Source of the DNA: Octopus sinensis
Lineage: Eukaryota
Assembly (NCBI RefSeq): GCF_006345805.1
Contig: NC_043015.1
Location: 47,802,001 to 47,866,000, forward strand
Reading direction: 5' to 3'
DNA length: 64,000 bases
The translations under genes and the position numbers were made by a program. Below, piece after piece: positions 38,021 to 51,700 of this stretch. The notes beneath the pieces were generated by a model, which saw only the letters and a list, made by a program, of their open reading frames with translations, was not told where the DNA came from and ran no database searches. Position 1 is the stretch's first letter; the number at the start of each line of letters is the position of its first letter.

Positions 38021-38311
38021 GGCGGACCGAGAGTATTAAGGGCCCTCAGGCATAATTGTTTTAGAAGAGCTAGCATGTAGAGTGCGCCACCACCACCCCT
38101 CCACCGAGCTCTGGGCCCTCGAGTAGTGCCCGATTGACCGACAGGTGTTACCTGAGACTCTGACAGGTATTACCAGGAGCGGACTGAGCCGTCGGTCAAT
38201 CGGGTACTGCTCGAGGGCCCCGCACTCAACATGTTAACTCTACTAAAGCACACATTCAAAGGGGCCCGGTAAACAGTTATGCCCGAGAGCCCTTAATACT
38301 CTCAGTCCGCC
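38021..38311. repeat. Nested fold-back (multi-stem inverted repeat)
   Basis: Outer 41-bp arms 38021-38061 and 38271-38311 (4 mismatches). Inner 30-bp arms 38113-38142 and 38191-38220 (2 mismatches). Middle GAGTGCG/CGCACTC stem. Confidence 0.8.
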
Positions 38312-38457
38312 CCTGGGTGTTACTATTGTGGGTCAGAGTAGATCTGGAAACATTAGTGACTAATAAGTGGTTCCCTACTGCTCAAAGCCTTGGAACTTTC
38401 GAACTAGCGTCCCACTACTGGATGCAATTTCAAATCATACCCAGGACAAACGTATAA

Positions 38458-38488
<31 letters not shown>

Positions 38489-38768
38489 GGTACATCTTAT
38501 ATCTTCAATTTGTTTCAGTCAGTAGACTGCGGCCATGCTGGGGCACCACCATGAAGAATTTTTAGTCGAATGAATCGGACCCAGGACTTTTTTTTTTGTT
38601 AAGCCTGGTACTTATTCTATCGGGCCTCTTTTGCCGAACTGCTAAGTTACGGGGACGCAAACACCCCGACACCGTTTTTCAAGGGGTAGGAGTGGTGGGG
38701 AAAAGACACAGACACAAAGATACACACATAAATTTATACATAGACACACACACACACACACACACACA

Positions 38769-38846
<78 letters not shown>

Positions 38847-39503
38847 ATAATGAATTAATAAATAAAACATATGCATATATACATACATATATGTACGTAC
38901 CTACCTCTACATGTATATATACATGCATATATGGGTACAGGACACCAAAAAAAACGCCGAACACAATGAGAAACGAAAACATAAACACAAAACCAAGGAA
39001 ATGGACATTTTTCTTAAACAACGAAAAAATAGAGTACAAGACAAATAACACAAGCAAAATTCCCCTTCTTCAGTCGCCATGGTTTCATCAACTCTACGAT
39101 TCGAAGGTGAAGGTGGTACGCATCTTCGATAGAAACTTTCCTTCCCGCGAAAAGCAAATTAAATAAAATTTGAGATCTTTTTGCGGAGGGGTAAAAATGG
39201 TAACAAAAACAGGATACGACGTGCGTCTTTCAGTTTCCGTCTACTAAATCCACTCACATGACTTTCGTCGGCCCGACGCTATAGTAGAAGGCACTTGCCC
39301 AAGGTGCCACGCAATGGGACTGAACCCGATACTATGTGGTTGGAAAGCAAGCTTCTTATTTCTTTATTGCCCACAAAGGGCTAAACATAGAGGGAACAAA
39401 CAAGGGCAGACAAAGAGGTTAAGTCAATTACATCGACCCCAGTGCATAACTGGTACTTAATTCATCGACCCCGAAAAGATGAAAGGCTAAGTCAACCTAG
39501 AAT

Positions 39504-40072
39504 CGTGCGGGCGCGCATATGAGCCCAACATAAAGGTTACGTTGTATTTTGTTCACTCACTTTTCACTGAAGACACTCCTCGCTATCATTTTCTTGCCAC
39601 ACTGTCACGCCTGCACTATCTACACTGCCTCGCCTCTACATACATACATACATACATACATACATACATACATACATACATACATACATACAAAAATGCC
39701 CTGTTGTTGATGTTGAAATTCCAATGAAGGAGCCTTGGATCTAGGTTAGAAACCGGCTGTTTCTTAATTGGCAAGAGATCTTGAAATAAAACTGAACAAT
39801 GATATAGTGACATGTATACAGACCGCATAGATTTATAAGAATTGAATTCCAAAGCACCCAGCATCCACGGCTATAATTAGAAACTAATTTACTGGCGTTG
39901 TTAATAAGTTTCTCTAATTTAAGAATCACCAACGTATTCTCTCAGATAGAGATATCTTCGCCAGAGCTACGCCCAGTCGCAAGGAAATGATAGCGAGGAG
40001 TGTCTTTAGTGAAAAGTGAGTGAACAGAATACAACGTAACCTTTATGTTGGGTTCATATGCGCGTGCACACG
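39504..40072. mobile_element. MITE with about 94-bp TIRs
   Basis: Arms 39504-39597 and 39979-40072 are near-perfect reverse complements. Confidence 0.8.
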
Positions 40073-40161
40073 TTTTGCAACTAACGCACAAGGGTGGGGT
40101 GGGGTGCACATTCAGGCTTACAAAGAAGAAATTAATCGAATAATTTCATAATAAAATTTTG

Positions 40162-40575
40162 GGATCCTTTCAGTTTGAACGGCAGTTTTTAATATAATTT
40201 CTGGGTAACTAAAAAAATTTTAAACTTCGTATACTGGTAGAATGTGTTTATAAAACATCTTTTTCTCTTGGCTTTATTGAGAAAATTCTATAGTTTGTAA
40301 GATATTTGTTGTTGTTTTTTTTCTTCAATTTCTGCAATTTCAACCAATCAATGACGTCTATTGAGTTAAAAAACATTCTGTGCCGTATGAATATGTCCCT
40401 CGTTTAAGAAACAGATTGGGTTTATTTACATTTGTGAAGAAAAAAAGATACCCTTCCCCCACCCCTAACCCTAAAAGAGATTGAAATGCAATAGATCAAT
40501 TCTAGGGTCATAATTATGGGTGACAATTTCATATGACACCGCTAGAAAAAACTGCCGTTCAAACCGAAAAGATCC
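40162..40575. mobile_element. MITE with 29-bp TIRs
   Basis: GGATCCTTTCAGTTTGAACGGCAGTTTTT ... AAAAACTGCCGTTCAAACCGAAAAGATCC. Confidence 0.75.
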
Positions 40576-40588
40576 AAATTTTGAATAA

Positions 40589-40973
40589 TCTCTCTCTATA
40601 TAAACGGCAGTTTGTCTGTGCGTGTTTCTGTGTGTCTGTTTGCTTGTACCCTCACCCTGACCACGGCTTTCAACCGATTCTGATGAAACTTGACACACAC
40701 ATAGCCCAACGTCATAATTCAAAACTAACGCAGCGAAAATTTTGAAAAGTTCCCCCAGTTCTGAAAAAATCAATAAATTCGACATGGGGTCGAGAATCAG
40801 AAACACGAACCACAAACTGTCTAGGGGACGCAACTCCACCTTTTTTAAATCTCAAAAAAAATTTACCATAATTTTTTTTCCATTTTTTTTGCTATTTTTT
40901 GGCTATCACTCTCTAAAAATGCTTTATAGTTATTTCCCTTACAAACCTGAGCAACGCCGGGCGATACTGCTAG
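40589..40973 (+). mobile_element. Non-autonomous Helitron
   Basis: A|TC...subterminal GC-rich hairpin-like CCTGAGCAACGCCGGG...CTAG|T, inserted at an AT dinucleotide. Confidence 0.8.
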
Positions 40974-41298
40974 TATACACATAAAAATAATGTGCGTTTG
41001 CTTAGATGGTCGATAAGGCATTTAGACGATGTTAACTCCATTTGGATGTGCTCATAGTTTGCAAAGAAAAAGGAAAAACTTTTACACATGCAAATTTATG
41101 CGCGCATTCACAGCAAACTATTTATGGTTAATTAGAAAACACCACTTCTGACGTCACATCACATACCACAACAGAAGAGGCAAAGAGTGACGCAGCCCCA
41201 ATTCCGGACACACTTTTGCCACTGTAGAAATTAATCTACCTGTCGACTAAAACAGTTTCCCCACGGACTCGAGGTCACGCGCATAACAAAATACAATA

Positions 41299-41605
41299 AA
41301 GTGGAACCTCGGTTTACGAACGTAATTCGTTCAAGTCCGTTCGACACCCGAAATGTTCGTAAACCGAAACTATTTTACCCATAGGAAATTCAAGATAAGA
41401 CACGGCGAATTCAAACAGGAATGTGCACAGAACAAAAGCTAGACAACTGACACTCTCCTGTTGACACTCCCGGCTTGTCGCCAACTATTGTTGCCGTGGC
41501 ATGTTCATTACTCGAGACACCGTCACCCGAGACGTTTTATGTTCGAAAAATTGTTCGTAAGTCGATTTGTTCATGATGAGACGTTCGTAAACCGACGTCC
41601 CACTG
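41299..41605. mobile_element. Tigger/pogo-like MITE
   Basis: AGTGGAACCTCGGTTTACGAAC ... GTTCGTAAACCGACGTCCCACTG imperfect TIRs. Confidence 0.65.
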
Positions 41606-42510
41606 TGTATAATTTAATTATTACACATAAACATACGATAGTCAATAAATAGACCTGATGACTACAATAGTCAATAGAAACGAATCTTAAAAATTATTCT
41701 TTCTGCGCGGTCCGGTACCAAATGATCCACTGCCCGGTACTGATCCGCAGCCTCGTAATGAGAGACCCCTGGTCTAGAACTTTTGAATCTTCTCATGAGA
41801 TACCATTTCCCAAGCATACAAATGCGGAGAGCTTTTTACAGTGCAATGTTAAGGATAGGTAGAAAACATCGCTTCCAATATCACATCACATACTACAACA
41901 GAAAATGCATACATTTGTTGTTGGCATCATTTTTGTCTCGGAAGACAATGGAGTTGTGCATAAAATAATCTTGTCCGGCTTTTACATTTCACGTCCTAAT
42001 ACATTTCCTGCTGTGGCTGTGTAGTCCTATCCTGGACAAACACTCCCTCTGGCAGGTGCCGCAAATATAGCGAAGACTTTTCCTAGCTGTTTGTAATGTC
42101 ATAGTTTCTTGTTGACATCTTTTCACATCGCACACTACAACAGAAAATGCATACAGTAAGGCAGCCCTTATTACAGACGCACCCTTGCAACTGTAGAAAT
42201 CAATTCACCTGTCCACCATATTTCAAAGTTGTGATTTATAGGACGACCATCACCATGTCCGTCGCTACTGGACGGCACTGCCCCCTTACTATTTATTCAA
42301 TGGTGAACCCTCAGATTTACAGCAATTCACTTATTTCGAAACTCCACTATAGCATTATTACAAATTAGTGTTCATCCAGAATATTTCGAAGCACCCCTTA
42401 GGCACCTAAGTTTGGCAACGGGCCTGACCATCACCCCATCACAACCATCGAAATTTCAGTCAGTCATATAAACTTCTTTAGATCTATAACGGAGATGAGA
42501 AATGAGGAAA

Positions 42511-43022
42511 TCTATATATATAAAACTGTAGTTGTGTGAGTGTCTGTCCCCTTCGATTTAGATTCCTAACTACTCCCACATTTTGCGGTGCAGTTTAACC
42601 AAATTCGGGTATCTTATAGTCGTGATTCATATCGAGCACGTCTGGGTATTAGCGCGCGTCTACGATGAGTCTACGATTTTTAAAATAATTTAACATCATT
42701 TTTTATTCCATTTTAATGCATATTTTTTCGTGTGTCGATGGCGGCGGAGTTGGCGTCCACGCTCACACCTGCACCTGTTTGCTTCTCCCCTTCTTCCCTC
42801 CCTCGTGAAGCTGTGGGGAAGGGAGTGTAAGGAAATCAACGTCGTAATGCGTTGTCAAGGAGACCAGCGTTCTTTTAGAACAACGACTTCATGGCTTGAA
42901 GACACCAAAACAGAAATGACTAAGAAAGCCCAAATTGGCATCTATAAGGGAATTAACTCTCTAAAAATGCTTATATAGTTATTTCCCTTACAAACCCGAG
43001 CAACGCCGGGCGATACTGCTAG
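42511..43022 (+). mobile_element. Non-autonomous Helitron
   Basis: A|TCTATATATATAAAAC ... CCCGAGCAACGCCGGGCGATACTGCTAG|T. Confidence 0.82.
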
Positions 43023-46000
43023 TGATATATATACGACTTGAGATGAAAATGAACTGGTAAATGACGATTTATTCTCCGTTATAAAATACAATGATTGCCA
43101 TACAAGAAATAAAATAACATAAGAGGTTACAACAAAGATGTGTGAGAGGCTTCGTGGTTAAGCTGGACCGTTCATCTTGTAGACTTAGTTGACGTACTAT
43201 TTGGTGGTGTGTCTTAGAGGCAGCTGTTGGTTGTATAGTGTTCATACAGAAACGATGAAGGCGAGTGTATGGTGGAGGTGAAAGCGAAGACTGGCTGGTG
43301 TCAGATAGATCGCTGCGTGTGGTCAGTGGCGTATACCAATGACCTAGAGCAGTCGAGAACTGTCGTCTATATAGAGAATATGTTTCTTTATTACCCACAA
43401 GGGGCTAAACATAGAGGGGACAAACAAGGACAGACAAACGAATTAAGTCGATTACATCGACCCCAGTGCGTAACTGTTAACTGGTACTTAATTTATCGAC
43501 CCCGAAAGGATGAAAGGCGAAGTCGACCTCGGCGGAATTTGAACTCAGAACGTAACAGCAGACGAAATACGGTTATGCATTTCGCCCGGCGTGCTAACGA
43601 TTCTGCCAGCTCGCCAGGCTCCCAGGAACGGTGATTGATTTCCCGCGTAAGGAAAAATGAACTGTTGTACCAACACGATTGGACGGCAGGAAACCAACCA
43701 ATACAAACAACAGGTTCGTTTAACCACGAGGTCATGTGACCTGGTGGAACAAAAAGGCTTGCGAAACCGAATTTCGGGCATTTAAGCCTAGATGAGTCAA
43801 CGCGAAAACGTCTCTTACGTAATGTCTGTAAATCACTTCTGCTACAGATTCATAAACAAGGACCACTCAATTGCATCAGATAGGAGAGTAGAGAAGTCGT
43901 AGCCTGTATGAATTGACTGTAGGACTGTCGCTCCGTATCTGGCGAACTGAGCAATCGATGACGGCGAGAAAATATCAATCAAAATCTGAATAACTTGAAC
44001 AAAATTTCTCAATCCAACTAAATACCTGAAAACTTAGTAATACTGAGAGCAGATGAAGTCACTCTTGAAAGTGGTGGATAAGGTTGAGATAAGGCGGAAT
44101 GACGATCGGGTAGTGTGATGATATAACCTGTCGCATAATTTGGTGTGAAATATTTCAGATTTTGTCAGATAACCGATTTATTTGGTGGTTGTAAAATTCG
44201 ACAGCATTTTTTTTAGCTGGTGTAAAGAGATATGTTGGCTGGAGTTAAAAAGAAAATAGAGAAAGGCACGTCTGTTATAGAACCCCGGTGTGAATATCCT
44301 AGTGCTGGCCCTGGTTGATTGATGTGTAACATTCCATCCACCCAACAGTAGACTTGCGTATATGATATTACGACCATCAGGAAGGAATTCCGCTAAAACA
44401 ACGATGTATGTTCTATTACAACTAGGGCACTATTTTTAGTTATTTCACGTTTTGTACTATTTATAAACATAGTACACGCTCGTTGAAACATGATAAGAAT
44501 TTAGAGCCATTTTGAAGTTTACTCTAATGTTTAGCACAAGGTATTTCGTTTCCTATTACTGTAAACTAACAAACTTCAAAAAACTTTAACTCCTTAATTT
44601 CTCGCAATATGCAATTAATAATTGTTTGAGGTAGATCAATGCTCAAGAAATGTTTTTCCCAAGGTTTGGAGTGATATAAGAAGCCCGATCTATCATTACT
44701 ATCAGCACATTTTCTCTCGCTTCATCCCACTCTGTTTTAGAATTATATAAAAGAATGTATTGCGTAACATACCAAGAGATTATTTTTACCTATGGAGCAT
44801 ACGTGCCTGACAACCGAAGGATTGTGATTTTGACCTAGTTGCCCGCCCTAACTCAGACTTGCAATGAAAGGTTAAATATATATATTCTCGTGTAGAATTA
44901 AATAATTTATTTTATAACAAATTATATAGCCACTCTTTTTTTTTTATTGTTTTGAAGTATATTAGTCTGTTAAAATATTCATAAGTCTAATTTCTAATGC
45001 TAAATACTTGCATTAAAACTAGTTAAGTGACAGTTTCGGTGTCTTTTAACATCTGGTGTAAGTTTCTAACATCTGTGACATATCCAATGTATATTTGTTA
45101 TAAATGGTATTTAATTTTATTTTAAAATGTTATCATACTGCATATTGTTCTTCACAGACGTGTCTATGTTAGTTGTTACACCATTTTCTTTGATTATAAT
45201 GTCATTAATATCGGGAATGCTTTATTTTATCGCCTCTGGGTGATAAAAGGCCTCTGGCTGAATAAAAAGCAAGCCTCGCTGGGATTTGAAAGTAAACATT
45301 ATTTGGAGCAAGACTTCCTTTTGTACCCCACAAAAAACACCCCTTTTATTTTATTTTATTTTTTCTACACAAACCCCCGTTTTCAGCTACAGAGAATACG
45401 AATCTGCAAAAAAAAAATCGGCATTTTGAAATTCATTTAAAACTTTTTTCAGATTTTTTTTTTTAATATGCGGAAAAATACGGAGATTATGATTCTGAAA
45501 AAAATTTTCCAAAAATTTTTATAGTTACGATTAGGGTTTTAGGGTTACGGTTAAGGAAAAAAGTGAAAAATGAAGAAATTGGGAAGGGGGTGCCGAAATT
45601 TCAAAATGCAAATTTTTGGCAATTTTCCGGAATCTCCGTATCCGAAACGGGGAGTTTTGGCAAAAAAAAAAGTGGGGGGGGGGCTTTCCTAATTTTGCTT
45701 CAATGCTTCAACTGGACTCTATACCAAATGTAAGGGAACAAAACCAGTTATTAAGGCACAGCAGAATTGATTGAGTATTGTGATTAAAGAGAGCTCAGTC
45801 AGCTCTTGGTTCGATAGTGTGATTTGGCAGGAAACTTCTGACCCAAGAGTCAAGACAGATGGAACTAAGAGGCAGACTGATCGGAGAATGCTTTGGTAAT
45901 GCAGAATAATAAAATTATTTTCATCAAATTTATCGAGGGCCCAAACCCATAATTCGTTCATATTTTATGGGTTAATTCTCTTGTAGATGAGTTGAAGTGT

Positions 46001-47177
46001 AACACTTTGGTATATTAGATATTGGTAGAATATTGATCTCGTACAAACACACCAAGGGCGAAAGCATCACCAGTCACTTCAAACCTACAAGGACTTCAGC
46101 ACTATTAAGGTCTATTCATTACACTCAAACTAGTCCTTATCTTCTCGAGAACAAGAACTTATTCTCTCCAAATTCTACAGTTTTCTTTGTCAACTGAAAA
46201 TAATTCCCGATTTGAGAAACACGTTAGTGTGTTCCATCCCCGAAAAGGGCACGTCACTGAACACCCCAGGCATTTTGTCCGATTCCAACGATACTGCCAA
46301 TTTGTTACTTGTTGGGTGACTGACTAGGTTTATCCTGGGACCGCAGGGATCAAGTTACTGTTTACCATCACCGGGTGGTGATATTTTGGCTTCTCTCTAG
46401 GCAGCCGATGTACCGTCAAGATGAGGCTTACGCGTTCGGCTCTCCATTTTGCATTTCTCTGAAAGCTGAAAATGGGTAGTTGACTCGTGCACAATCTCGC
46501 TAACTCACTAGACCAAGCATGAACAATCTTTTTTTAAAAAAAAAACGGGCCACATAAAACACGGCTCATTATCAAGCGGGCCGCAGTACTAAAAAGAAAC
46601 TCAAGATAATCTTTCATTAAGCGTGCCATTTCAGAAAGTCCCGCCAACCGCAGTTTGCCCTGACTACACTTTTCAACGCCTTCTTGCTAAAATTCGGCAA
46701 AATTAAATACACCTGATGTACATATGCATTTATATGCACAAACAAACTAGGATGTTTACTAACACTGCGAGTGCAGTGGTCGTCTTTATTGTATATATGG
46801 AAATACCCACAAATTTTGACTATGTCTTTTGACTTACACATTAGTTTATTGTTCATAATTTATATGCGTAGATAATTTATATTCGCTTTTGCTTTTTTAA
46901 TTACTCACATTTTATAATCTATAATTACAGCTGATGTTATCATTGTTGTGATTGCGGCTAAAAAGCATTTTATCAAAATATTACAACAATTTTTGTTTTC
47001 TAAAGTCAATATTTAAGTAGGAGTTCAGTGACTAAAAATAACGACATATTGTATCAATCGCCCCCTAACAACCCCGCCCTCTGTCCCCAGTACCCGAGCA
47101 AAATTTTCCACTGCCTCCCAGGGAGCGCAACCGCCCACTCTGAAAAGCGCTGCACTTGACGCATCCTAGCCACCAAA

Positions 47178-47197
47178 TGACGTACAGTCTATAAATA
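47178..47197 (+). promoter_or_regulatory. TGACGT (CRE half-site-like) followed by TATAAATA; candidate core promoter
   Basis: Motifs lie in CpG-containing sequence about 1.6 kb upstream of a candidate start exon. Function is inferred. Confidence 0.25.
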
Positions 47198-48759
47198 TAA
47201 TTCTGCCAACAACAACAACACACATTTTATTATACGATATTAGTTATATATTTTGTAGAACACCTAGACCGTGACGCGGTTTGAAGCTGTTTCACTTTTT
47301 CCTCCGCAGATCCTGGGAAAAGCATAAACCTAATAATTCAACATTTCTCTTCTAGTATATAAGTTTCTCTGTCTCTCTCTCTCTCTCCCTCTCTTAACAC
47401 TGCTAATGTCATTAAGAGAAGAATGCTGAATAAATCCTACCATTCCTTCTAATACACCTATTAAGAAAGTATGATTAGAAAAAGATATGTAAAGTTGTTT
47501 GAACTCAGGTCAGCTTTGCTGAAGCAGACTTATATCAAAATATTCTAGCTAATCTTATTTTCAAACAATGTATCCATGGCTACTTAAACTATCGAACCGC
47601 GAAGCACAGTTTATGTTGAACAAATCCACTCACATACAGGTTTATTGATTAATCAACCCTAGGTAAATAAATAGCATACACCTTAAGACAGTGAACAATG
47701 AGATCGAGGTTGGAATATACGGTTGGGAAACTTAATTTCTTAATTACCATCGTACCTATGTCTACGCTATCCAATTCCAATGTGTCCTTCCACTTTGAAG
47801 ATGGCCATGTGTTGTTTGAGAGAAATTTGATTGTTATTTCTAGTAGACCGAGCGAACGCATAGAGGAGCTCTCTGACTTGAAATATAAAAGTTTTTAGAA
47901 TTAAGGGATCTTTTTAATGGATCTATCAATTCAAAGATAAATTTAATGAATATTGGGAAGAGTATGTATTTAGAAAACAATATATTGGAAGAATATGATA
48001 TTTCGAAATGATTTGTTATAAACGATCTGATATTTATCGATTTGAAAGAGTTTTTTTTTTTAAATACTAAAAATATCCCTAAAGCATCCTTCCTAGGTGT
48101 GAAAGGAATTCTAATGGGTGATTAATTTAAGAGCAGATATTAAAACAGATGTTCAATTTTACAAGTTGAAGGAACCTCAGAGAAAATCTCGAATAACGGG
48201 TGGATATGCTAAAGTATTTATAAAGAAAATGTAATTAAATTATAACACATGGATATGACAAACTATTTATAAGAAGAAAGAAAAAGAAATTAAATCTTTT
48301 TTTCTTTGCCAATGATGGTAAAAGTGAGATTAGATGTAATGTAGAAAGAATTAGCAGAGCTGGCAATGACTACAGAGAAATTGCATTCAGTAGTAAACAG
48401 AAGCAATAGTTGCTGAAAATGTTGGCTAACGATCGGCTGACTACTAAAGTTTCAGATAAGACAGAAGAAAGGCTAGCTTAGTGCTGCTAGTTTATAAAAG
48501 ACTGAGGGGAAATTAAAACTGCTGAGTTCTCGCCATGTGGCACTGGAGCTTCCCAGGGACATAAGAACTGTCTTTTAAGGTTTTTAACTGCTTTTCTTTA
48601 AAAATATTACTGCTACGATGATTAGTACAAATAATCTTTCTTAAGTAAAAAGACTGAACTTTAAACGGAATGAGGGATCTTTACGAAAGATTTCGTTTCA
48701 CTTTGTGAATATTTTTTTCTCTCTGCGATGTTTTCTGTTGATTCTCCAATTACTTCAGG

Positions 48760-48796
48760 ATGGCAGCAGGAGCTTACCACGGTAGCTTAGTAAAAG
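48760..48796 (+). CDS. Candidate short coding exon of an unidentified plus-strand gene (MAAGAYHGSLVK-)
   Basis: TTACTTCAG acceptor, G-ATG-G start context, only this frame is open, consensus AAG|GTAAGT donor. No homology recognised. Confidence 0.35.
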
Positions 48797-51700
48797 GTAA
48801 GTTGTATTCGTCTACAGTGTTCAGGTGTTCATATATTCAGTGATCGAGCTATTTTCAAAATAATTAAATAAATGTAACCGTTAAACTGTGAATAAATGAC
48901 ACATTTAGCGTGGAAGAGAACTTCCTGTTGATAATGATGTCATTGACTTTATAAAAATATTGCAGGTGTGAAAACCTGGGGGGCTTTCACTATACAACTT
49001 ATTTTTCTTTATTATCATCGAATAACAACGAAATTAATATTTTTGCTAGACAAACTTTATATTTACAAATGTAATAAGCGATGTTATTTCTTCATGATGA
49101 CATGGAATTGGTAAATATTATGACTTAAAGTTTAGCAACCAGCCGCAGCAATCGATGATGGCTGTTAAATATCGTATATCACGCTAAAAATTCTTCATAA
49201 ATATTTAGCCTACTTTTTCTTCGAAAATCTGCTCTCAGAAATATGTGAAGAAATTATTCAGGCGTCAAATATTATTTGTAAATAACAGTTTGTTGGCTGG
49301 TATATATAATTCTTTCGGGTATTCATGAGAGGATGTGACCGGGCTTCCTATATTCCACCCGTCGATTCTGTAATTTACCAGTGCGATTTCGTAACTTTTC
49401 GATTAATTCCTGTTTCTTTTCCGCGCAACAACAATCCTCACCTCAGAATTAAAACTCATCCCTCATCTTCATACACTCAACTTCTTTAAACTTCATTTTC
49501 TTTTCTACACTATATAATTAATGAACATCGGCAAAACTGTACAAAGTCATTAAATATTTGTCTTTTAATATCCTAATCTTCAAATATTGCTCCACATTGA
49601 AACACATTTCAGCAGAGAACCTCTCAGAATTCTCTAATTACAATCCGCTGTTTTCAAGATGCCAAAGTACAATATATATTATTTGTGTTGACATATTTTT
49701 CGTCTCCGTTACAAAACAATCGAAATATTTTAGCTTATTCGAGTTATTTAATATAAAAACTCCCAAATGTACCCCCTTAAATGTTTCTGAATATTTCTAA
49801 TCTTTTTAGGAGTAAGATTTTTCAATATTTCATCTACACACTGTTTCTATAGGTTTGTTTGTTCTTCGGGGGTCACCAGGTACTTTATTCCTTGACATTA
49901 TCCCAAACTACGTTTACACTAAGACCCTTCATATAGGAACTTAGGCTAATAACTAATTATCCGCTAAGCTTACTGTTTTATGTACTTTCGAGATGTAACC
50001 AATCTAAAACACCCGTGTAAAGGTGGAAACTGAAAAGAAAACGCACATCCCATTTTTATTAACAACTCTTCACTGATATTGACGGAGTTTTGCTTCAGCT
50101 ATTCCTACCTCGCGGAGGGAAAGAAATTTAGTGGGGTTTTCTCCATAATTTTTCAGATATTTCTGTTTCATGCAACGGGAATTGCCGTTCTGAAATAGGT
50201 TTTTGCAAAAATTTAAGTTTTTCGCATTTGTTCCCCACCCACTTTAATTCCGTGCCTTTTTATTTTCTTCTTTTTCCGTGATATAGAAATTGCTATTCCA
50301 AAATTTGTTTCTATTTATATATTTCTACTTTGGACTGATCTATCGCAGACAGTGGAACCGACCCCCGCTGATTGATAAGGAGCTTGAAGACCAAATTTCG
50401 TCACAGTTGACTACTTTCCAATTTGACAGTACACGGTATAAATACCAGCTATATACAAACATCAGTCGTAATCCAAGATAAATGCACTTCTATATAAGAT
50501 GCGATAATATATTTGTAGCATTCCATTGTGATCAAAATATTCTAAAACACACCGACTTCCAATAGAATTTAAATCTATTTTGAGTAAAGAAGAATGGAGC
50601 TGATTGAATCAACCCGTTCGTTTGCTAGTATTTATTTCGTCTGTCAAAATATAAATATAAAACAAAATAGAAAATAGATACCCTGCTCCACAGTGCAGAG
50701 CAATCTCAGACGAGAGGTAAAACTAATGTTATAAAAATAATTCACCAGTACTTTTAGCTTGTGCCAGACACAATACCAGAAACTGAATATTCTAAAAACC
50801 TGGCTCTCTAACCAATAGCACCGTGTATTAGCAACTTCCAGTGAACCAGTCCCAGCCAGAAATCGAAATAGATAAAATATTTAGAGTTAATATAATGAAT
50901 TATTCCTGATAAAAGTAGCCATCACAGCCACCACCACAACCCCGTATTTTATAGATATAAAAGGTAAATTGCCTTTCACCTTAGTACATATGAATCAACA
51001 AAATTGGGTATTACTGTTTGAGTGAGCTCAATTATCTCCAATAATAATAATAATAATCTTTTCTACTCTAGGCACAAGGCCTGAAATTTTGGGGGGAGAG
51101 GGCCAGTCGATTAGATCGACCCCAGTATGCAACCGGTACTTAATTTATCAACCCCAAGAGAATGAAAGGCAAAGTCAACTTTGGCAGAATCCAAACTCAG
51201 AGCATAAAGAGAGATGAAATACCTATTTCTTTACTACCCACAAGGGGCTAAACACAGAGGGGACAAACAAGGATAGACAAATGGATTAAGTCGATTATAC
51301 CGACCCCAGTGCGTAACTTGTACTTAATTTATCGACCCCGAAAGGATGAAAGGCAAAGTCGACCTCGGCAGAATTTGAACTCAGAACTTAAAAGGACGAA
51401 ATACCACTAAGCATTTCACCCGGTGTGCTAACGTTTCTTATTTCTTTATTGCCCACAAGGGGCTAAACATAGAGGGGACAAACAAGAATAGACAAACGGA
51501 TTAAGTCGATTACATCGACCCCAGTGCGTAACTGGTACTTAATTTATCGACCCCGAAAGGATGAAAGGTGAAGTCGACCTCAGCGGAATTTGAACTCAGA
51601 ATGTAAAGACAGACGAAATACCACTAAGCATTTCACCTGGTGTGCTAATGATTCTGCCAGCTCGCCGCCTTCCAATAAAAAGAAAAAGAAGAGGAAGAAT

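Noticed and set aside
41650-41690. CTGATGA followed by GAAAC
   Set aside because: No coherent stem II/III or stem I register. Similar failures at 1781, 2391, 11252, 23286 and 52857.
50290-50481. Protein-like ORF (RQWNRPPLIDKELEDQISSQ...) as the next exon of the plus-strand candidate gene
   Set aside because: The acceptor at 50347-50348 needs a phase-2 entry, while the 48796 exon ends in phase 1 and would hit a stop after 7 codons. No homology recognised.
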